From NCBI GenBank assembly GCA_965644265.1, contig OZ286461.1:35650001-35714000 (forward strand): a DNA stretch of 64,000 bases, read 5' to 3'. The stretch's first letter is position 1; the number at the start of each line of letters is the position of its first letter. A program made the position numbers and the translations under genes. Positions 1-9,200 of the stretch are shown here, one piece after another. Source of the DNA: Glycera tridactyla (Eukaryota). Under the pieces are notes generated by a model. That model saw nothing but the letters and a program-made list of their open reading frames with translations, made no database searches and had not been told where the DNA came from.

Positions 1-15
1 AGACAGGTTCGACTG
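1..15. mobile_element. Right TIR of a TA-flanked CAGT-type MITE (cut by window edge)
   Basis: caggttcgactg followed by TA. Confidence 0.6.
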
Positions 16-77
16 TAGAATTAAATTACAGAATGTCTGGTACATCAACTGATCCTCATATTTTGTTCCCATTTTAG

Positions 78-207
78 GATGTGTCAAGTCCTTTCTCAAA
101 AAGTGGCCTGAGCCCATTCACCTACTATGAGCTCTATGTAATTGCCGTGAATAAAAATGGATCAAGTCAGCCAACGCCCATGCTTGTTGTCCGTACACAG
201 CAGCAGT
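78..207 (+). CDS. Exon: C-terminal half of an FN3 domain (DVSSPFSKSGLSPFTYYELYVIAVNKNGSSQPTPMLVVRTQQQ)
   Basis: ttttag acceptor, gtgagt donor, phase 0 to 1; FN3 pattern GLxPxTxYxxxVxAVN. Confidence 0.85.
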
Positions 208-3200
208 GTGAGTATGCAATATCTGGCTGAATGAGTGATTGATTCATTATTTGATGATACATACGTTTTTCTCTCACGGTTTGACTTACAAGAGAATGTT
301 AATCCTTTGCATCATATGATGAGTTTGGTAGCCGATTCTGCATGAGACATGTTTCAATGTGTAGGCACTGGCGCATTGAGATGGCTTATAACATTTCACA
401 AAAATGCAATTAAGAAAAATAATGTATTTCACAGAAATGTCAATTTAAGCAACTGACAATGTGTATATCACTAGAAACTGCATACCACTATGGCGGACAT
501 TTAGGTCACTGATGCTTTTGTAGCCAAACTAGTGGATGGAAATTAGTTTCTCAGATGATATAAGTTGGGCTTGGTATGGTAATAATTTGATCTTTCTTCT
601 GATGTTTTCAGTGTTCCCGTCAGTTACCATATCACAGGATCCAGGAGGTTACCTTGCTATTGGAGACAATGTGACATTGACATGCCTGGCTGTAGGTGAA
701 CCCCTCCCAACTATCTCATGGATACTCCCAGATAATAGCACCTCGGAGGACATTGTTCTCTCACTTGACCGCATCGATGTTGATCATGCGGGAAAGTACA
801 CGTGTATTGCTGATAATGGTTACGGTGGTCGGACTTCACAGAGCACCTATGTCAAGATACAGTGTGAGTAGACAGCACCTATTACAGCATTTTTCATCTC
901 TTGCAGTATCAAAAATAATGTTTAAGTTGAAATCACATGAATTGAGAGAAATAATAATTACCTGTCAGCTCACTACTGATTGTGATTTCTATAATTTTGA
1001 TTGGAATATTCGTGAGCTTGTATAAACAGTGCACAATGTAAATATGATTTTGATCTATGATATAATTCTTATAATAAAGATGTATGGATTCTGGTATCTT
1101 CCTTCCTCTAACTGGCGTTTCATTGTAATAATTCTGCGAGACACATGAGCTTCAACTAGAATGAATGTGTATTTGTACATGTGCCTATCGAGATGGATGA
1201 CAAGCATGTGAGGTTGATGTGCAAGCCATTTGCGTAAGCTCACTACGATATTAGTCACATCATCACCATTTTGATTTCACATACCAATTTCTTCAACCAC
1301 CAAAATCTTGGAGAATTTATGTGATCCCATATTCATCATTTTTCAGATACGCCAATTGCTGAGGCCCCCATGCCTGTAGTCAGTATCCAGCCAAATCGTG
1401 GCCTCTCCGTCCATCTTCTGTGTCACTTCTCGGGGTATCCAGAGACCGACTCCATCTACTGGCTCTTCAATAATGTGAGAATTAATCCAGAGTCTCGTGG
1501 CGACCATTACAAGAATTGGACTCGTGATATACAAGCTCGGGGGATATTGGAGAGTGTACTCTACATCCAGGCGGTCTCAAATTATTCACCTAGTGACTAT
1601 GGTACTTACACCTGTTTTGGTGAGAACCACTTTGGTGATGCGAATGCCCATATACAATTGGCTGGTGAGTATTTTCTCTGTATACCACACACTTTTTATC
1701 AGCATACATCATAATGCTGAGGACCCTATGGGATGAGTCAGCATAGGATAGATTTATTGCTAATTCCAGATTCAGAATGATACGTAAAAGCCATGGTCAC
1801 TGTTTCTTTTTGGTTTAGTGCCTTGTGTAGCCATATTACCTTATGATCCAAAATAGCATATCATATGTCCATACATTGTTTGTTTGAATATATGAACACA
1901 AGGTGTGATGGATAATATGCATGTATGAACAAATCATGTTTTCTCCTTATTGAAGATGCTCTGGCCATCAATTCAGTCATATTTTGATTCTCAAATTTCT
2001 ACTGTACTTATTCTATTTTCAGAGCCAGTTGAGGGAGATGTGACAACAGTAGAACCCATCCGACCAGTGTCAGCCGGACCAAATGTTACTGGTGAGTCAT
2101 AAATGTACTGACTACCCTGAATACCTCTACATACTCCATAGGTCCACCCGAACACGTACTGCAATAGTTCATACAGGAATGTGATTGTACAATTAGTGTA
2201 CAAATAGCGTAGATGAACACATGTGACAGATAAAAGGATTTCATGCTGATCATTTTGGATTTTGGATCAGAATCAGCCTGGATAGAGCACAGAGTTTGTA
2301 CAGAGTTATAGTAGGCATCACTCAGCACTTTTTGTTTGTTTCTTGGGTCACAAAATCAGTGAACCCATTTCGAAAGATTTTGTAAAATGCCCCCTCCCCC
2401 CCCCCCCCCCCCCTCCTCCCATCTTGAAAATCCTGGATTCACGCCTGCATGACCTTTCACTAGGGCTTCCCCGATTCATCGAGTGTTTCTGTAGGATGTT
2501 TACTGTGTAGAGAGCAGGAGCTGAATTAGATTTGTGTTGAATTGTAGCTGATGTTATCATGTCTTGAATTGTGGGAAGGTGAATACTTGGGCCTTTTGTT
2601 TTTGGGTTTCAATGCATTTTCGCTTGGTTTCATCATTCATTGTGTGTGGTTGCATCGTGATATCATTGGCAGCATGATTTGGTTCTGTACTTTTTGCATG
2701 AAATGTCAATGATGGATTGGTAATGAAGTATGTAAGTGTGATAAAAAGTACCTTTACAGGCAGTTGAATGCTATAGAGTTACTATTTGGAACATACAGTT
2801 GAACTTGTCCTAAGCGATACTTGTACTTAGCAAGAACTTGTCCTAAGTAACAGATTTTGTTCATCCCACCAGAATATTTCTCACTATGATTGACCTGTTC
2901 TAAACATGAATTTGCCCTTGGCACACACTTTTTTCGCTTCCCCTAGTTTCATGCTTAGGACAAGTTTGACCGTATGTATTCAGACAAAATTCCAAATGCA
3001 GGTGGCATTTATGCACAGGTATGCATCATAGATTAGTTCTCTCAAAATATTTGCCCTATTTTTGCAGCATGCTGCATTCATGAGCAGGTGAGTCAGCAAT
3101 GTATGGAAGCTTGCTCATTCGATATCGACCTAAGTGCACTTTCACGGGCCGGGAATCCTCTTCAGTGTGTCACAGATCTGCCAAGTATCATCCAGTGTGC

Positions 3201-6200
3201 TGCAGGTATGCTTGCAACAGCTTTTCTCTATTGAAAATTCACATCTTGAGAGATGTCTCCTTCACTGAGTCTATCTGTAAATGTGTGTGAGAACGAATAA
3301 AAGGAGTGCGGATGCATTCCGAAAGCTTCCCCGCCAGAAACTTTCCACAGTGAGTACCGTGAATTCTTACCTCCAAAAAGGGATAAATTGTTCTCATTTG
3401 GAAGACTTCCCCATCCCCTCTGGGAAACCATCCTTATTCTTGGTGTAGTAACTTGACATCGTCAGATAAGATGTAATTTTGCGTCGAACTATTCATCATA
3501 TCTGAATATATCATACAAATGATTGTGAAATCCACTAAAATCCACATCAGACTCACAGTGGTAATTATGAAAAATGCATCAGTCATTTGGTACTGACTAC
3601 CTCGATCAATGCTCAATTCAGGTTTTGGGAGTCTCTATTGTTTTTTCTCTGTTTTAGATAATGGATTTTCGGTGATCCATATCATTTGGATTTGTGTGGA
3701 TCATTGAGGTTCTATGATATTTTTGCTACTCGATTGTCATATAATTGCAGAGTTTGTCACTGATTCTTTACAGATGGACTTAATCACTGCTACTCGATTG
3801 TCATATAATTCCAGAGTTTGTCACTGATTCTTTACAGATGGACGTAATCATTGCTACTCGATCGTCATATACTTCCAGAGTTTGTCACTGATTCTTTACA
3901 GATGGACGTAATCACAGTGTATGCTGTCACAACAATGGAGTGCCGAATGTATGCGTGCCGTTCTGTTCTGGGGTTGCTCCATCACTCGGTGTGGCTCTGC
4001 TGGAATGTGTTCAACACGCAAACACCATCATCAACTGTATGGAGGAGGGACATCGTGAGTAGACTAGTACCCAGTCTTGGAAATCATCCAAAAATATCTG
4101 GAAACTGCATACTTTTACAGTTGAACCTGCTATAAAGGGCACCTGTATTAAGCAACCACCTGCCTTAAGCAACCACTTTTGAAAATCCCTCAGGAGTATT
4201 TCTCAGTGTAATTAACCTGTATTAGACAACCACCTGTCTTGAGCAACCACTTTTGAAGCTCCACGTTAATTTTTTCCTTCAGCTGTCCGTCGGGCAGGTG
4301 GAGTAGAAGTTTTACCTGCCCTCCCTATCATTTCCACCTGCCCTCCTGCATATAATCATAGTCCAAATAAGGGTTGGGTACCTGCCCATACCTGCCAGTA
4401 GGGCAACCATTAGCGTAGAGCCCTGACTTTTCACTGTCCCAAGGGTGGTTGCTGAATACAGGTTTGACTGTAATTGCATATTTTGGATACACATTCGATC
4501 ACCCTCTTGCTGGGCTGGTCGAAGCATATGAACCACAAGGTGCCAAGCAGGGAATGTCATCCACCAATCAGCACTATCTGTATCACAAAAAGTGGGGTTT
4601 CCTGAACACTACTCAGGCAGCATGTGTGGAATGTGCATAGCTTATTCTTCAAAATTTATCGGTTCATCATGTAAGGACGTGCACTGACTTCACTGTTGCC
4701 TGTGTGTTCCAGGAAATTTTGCCATATAAAGTTTGTAATGTTGTGTACCAGTATAATGGGAGCTACAACCCCTCTACTCATATTCTAGAACTGCCTGTTA
4801 AATTTCACTCCTCATGTCTTCATAATTTTTTTTCTCTGACCCAAAACATATCAGGCACATGGTATGGACATCCATCGCTTGACATGCAATATACAGAAAC
4901 CAAAATGCTTCTCCCCAACAAATCTTTGTATGCAGCCCAATAATTTCAGGCAGTGAAATCTAACTATACAAGTAAGTCTGTGGTTACTGGCTGCTAGTTG
5001 ACTGGAACTATCTGGATAGCAAAGAGGTCGTAGGAAAGCTTGTACAGTGAAACCTGTCACGGGTGACCCCCTGATCAGCGACTACCTGTCTTGAATGACC
5101 ATTTTTCCCGCCAAAAAATCAAATACTTCTAAAATCACCTCTGACGAGCGACTACCTGTCTAACGTGACCAGCGACCGGCCCAAATAGTACAGATTACTT
5201 GCGACGAACGACCACTCGAGGCGAATCCGCATCGTAAACAGCGCTGCTATGGGTGATAATCAAGTCACCGTGTATGAACGAAGTACTCACGATTTCACAA
5301 CTTCACGCTTCGCTGCCCGCCTGCCTGATAGACTAACCTTCACAAAGAAACAACTGATAAGTTGGTTTACACACGTCTACATAACGATTTATCCATTGTT
5401 TATTGCGTAGCAGCAGTATCACCGAACACGCGACGAAGCTCATGGGCCCATAAGGAGAATGAAGAAAAATGGTGGGATTCAAAATCGTCCCCATCAGCTT
5501 CAGAAACACATATTTCTTATCGATAAAGACGTTTTTCAGCACAGTTCATGATTATCTTTCGTTCTGTAATGATGATAATTCTTTGCGGATTCAACGTTTT
5601 GATTGTAGATTCGTTATTGTTGATGTCGTTGGTGACCGAGGATACCCGCATAAATTATGCTTGATGAGGTGATTCCTCAAAGAAACAATGGTTTTACGCA
5701 GTTTGTTTGATGCGGCCGAAAGCGCACGAATTTTACCGTTTCTGGCGAATAATGGCAATATTTCCTCATGAAGGTGTCAGTATTTGTCAACATTGGAATG
5801 TTTCACGTCTCTTTCGTGCCATTTGGGTGTATTTTGTATCCATGTTTTCGCGACCGGCCCAGTTGATCGAACCTGCGACCAGCGACCACCTGTCTTGAAC
5901 GACCACTTTTTCGTGCTTTATAGAGTGGTCGCTCGTCACAGGTTTTACTGTATCACACATTAAATTATCCAGAGTCCAAAGTTGATGGTTATGCCTTCCA
6001 CCTTTGCAGCGTGAATTTATATTGGGCTTAGATGAGACTCCCTGACATATTTTATTTATCTCTATGGCAGCGTACCTTCATCACTGACTTTCATTGTTGT
6101 AGAGCTTATCCCATCCAAGCCACGTAATGTCAGAGCTGATCTGACTGATGAAGGATACATCCATGTTGAATGGGACCAGCCAGATGATAATCCAGATGCA

Positions 6201-9200
6201 GTGCAGATTTATAGAGTAGATTATAACAGTACTGTCATCGGGTCTATCACAAGAGAAGTGGTGAGTTGTCATATACCCCTCCATTCATGAGAAATTAGGA
6301 TGTGCCACTTCAAAGGAAATGATCCTGATGGTAATGATAATAGGGATAATAATACCAATAATGATGATAATGATAATGATATTAGCAATAATAGCGATAA
6401 TAGAAATAATGAAGAGCATCACTCACACAATTCACTGTCCTTAAACTTGGCTTTGGAGTAATGATTACCATTTGGGGGTCAAACTTTCTGCTTTCAATTA
6501 TGGTTCTTAAAATGACTTTGTCGAATGGGAAAAAGACAAGCTGCCTCTCATTAGGGGTCTGATGGTTTTATCACTTCCATCCGGAGTTTCTTAACTATTG
6601 CTTACCTATTACAGTAACCTATCATAATCAATCTGTTTTGCCCCTTACAAGAATGATGTTAACCAGTGTCCAATCCAGAGGGGGCGTTGGAGGGATTTGT
6701 CACATAGACCTGACAGAACGCCCCTTATTTCTGGGTGGAGGGGCACATTTTGCCCCATCAGAAAGCCATATTGATTTATAAATGGCCTTGTCTATTCTGT
6801 TCCCCTCCAAAAAGGCCCCTTTTTTTTCCTGAAAATGCCCCCTTTTATCAGAGAGGGGGGTGTTTCCCACTCTGAAGTCAATTTCTAGATTGGACACTGG
6901 TCAACTGTATTGCTTGTCCTGAAGTTGAATCCTTGTGTCCATTCAAAGACTTAGTGCTTGCTACTCTGAATACCAGACAGGGATTTGATATTCTGCTGAT
7001 CCTTGTATTTCTTTATTCTTGTTCAGAAATGCAACAGTCAGTGTGTATGAGAGAAAAAAAGCATTATATGGAGATCATTTTGGAATTAGGATCATGAGAT
7101 TCAGATCAGAATTGAAGCAGATCAAATACAGAGTTTGTATGATGTTATAATGATAATATGATAATTTGAATTCATGTTCATTGATTTCTTTCAGCCGGCA
7201 AGTGAGACAGATGTATTGCTCTCCTCAATTCTGGGCATGACAACATATACCATAATTGTGACAGCTGTCAATCATTATGGCTCAAGTCACCCATCCAACA
7301 GGGTGACAGTCATGACAAATGGTGAGTTAATCTGATTATATACATGGATTATAATGTTGAATTTTTTCTCAGAAGCATCCAGCCTCTTTTGTCAGCTGGT
7401 GGCAACTGTAATGAGTTTGTGTGATCGCATGATCTCGTTCTGGACATCAAGCCACATGACTCATGTACAACCTCCTCATACATTGGCAGGAGGTCATGCC
7501 GGCACTTGTCCTGGTTCAAAGTGGGCTCTAGTTGAGCGATATAGATTGCTTCTGTGACACCTCTCTTGAACCACCCATCCTCCTGGTATAAAATGCTGAC
7601 TTCCCATTCAGTGAAGTGATGTTTCATCTGGGCCGTATGTTGGCCTGCAGGGGATGTGGTGCGTCGATGTTCACTTATTTTTTCCTCCTAGAGGGTCTCT
7701 CAGTCTACCTAACATACCTGTCTTGTCCAGTTTCTTTACTTTGTCATTGTGATTTCAGAGCTGGCACCATCCTCTCCAGAACATCTGAGAGGCACCGTGG
7801 AAGATGGGATCAACATCCAACTATACTGGAATATCCCTGCTCGACATCCTGGTTCAGTCAGCCATTACAAAGTCCACTTCAGGCCGACTGGCAACTCGGG
7901 GGATAACTACACCATTGTGAGTGTGAACAAGCAGAGAGCTGTCAACATTTTCAAAATGCCTGTAGAAGAGATATACTACAAAAATAGTTTCATCAAAATC
8001 ATTTCACATGTATGTCAATATATGATGAACATTTCTGTGTTTGCCAGTCAGTTTTTTTTTTTCAAGAACCAGAATATTTGTTCACCAGACACATATTCAT
8101 CCAAGCAAGCTGGACATTTTCATAGATAAGGAAACTTACACTAAAACACGAAGAGGAATAATATGGTCATATGTACAAACTCCGATTCAGATGATCTTGA
8201 CACATGTCTGTCAGTCTAGCAGAGCATGCATTATGGTACAAATACTGGTGTTGTTTGAGGAACTCATGAGATGAATAAAAGAGACCCACCGCAGACCCAC
8301 CACAGCTGGCATACTATGTGACAAGGTAATCAGATTCTTATCATTTATGTGAAAACACCTAGGCCAATGTATTCTGCATACTCGCAATGATATCTTTGAT
8401 AATCTGATTTTGGTGACTGTTCAGAACAGAATATTAGAATCACTTCCATTTAGTATAGTGGTGCTGCCCAATTTCTGTTTAAGTGTTCAATGTAGATTCG
8501 CATGATACAAGCCTTGTGATTTTGTTCTTTTCAGGTCACTATTGGTGGTGCGAAGACTAACTACTTGATCTCAAATCTACTTGAGCATACCACTTATGAG
8601 TTTTATGTGACTGCCATGAGTGCACATTATGAAACACTTCGATCTAATATTATCACCATGACTACCTCAGGTATGTACTCTCTACAGTCAATTTTACTTT
8701 TCTTGTGACCAATATTATTCAACAATTTCTCCAATGTACAAGTGATGAGAAACAAGTCAAACATGGTTGCACTCGAGGTTTCAGTTTCTCTTGCTACATG
8801 CATCTCCCAAATTAGCATGATTGTAAATCATCATATCACTACTTATTCCTACACTGGGTCTGGGATAAGGTACTCCTAGCGCCTCTAACCACTCTGCCAC
8901 TGAGACATTTCTCAAAAAGTAAAGTTTAGTGAGAAGCTATGAGGGTTGCACTGTCAATTTACCCCCAGTCAGCTTTGTCCTATGATGCTTTCAGTATACA
9001 CACATTTTCCATTTAAAGCATGTCAGTGACATGATGCATTGGCTATGGGTCCATGAAATGCATCAAACGTCAAAGTTTCAGATGTTTCTGTCTCCGTGGC
9101 AGACTTGCAACCTCTGGAGAATGCACCCTGTCAGCAACACATGCCCACATACATGCACACACACTCACTCACACACTCACTTACACACACGCNNNNNNNN

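Noticed and set aside
3068-3087. Apparent 20-nt micro-exon ending at CAG/GTGAGT
   Set aside because: The frame continues through conserved DB cysteines to the donor at 3206, which restores phase.
8876-8901. tRNA gene on the minus strand (A-box-like gtggcagagtggtt; similar near 55910-55930)
   Set aside because: No B box or cloverleaf; at most a decayed SINE head.
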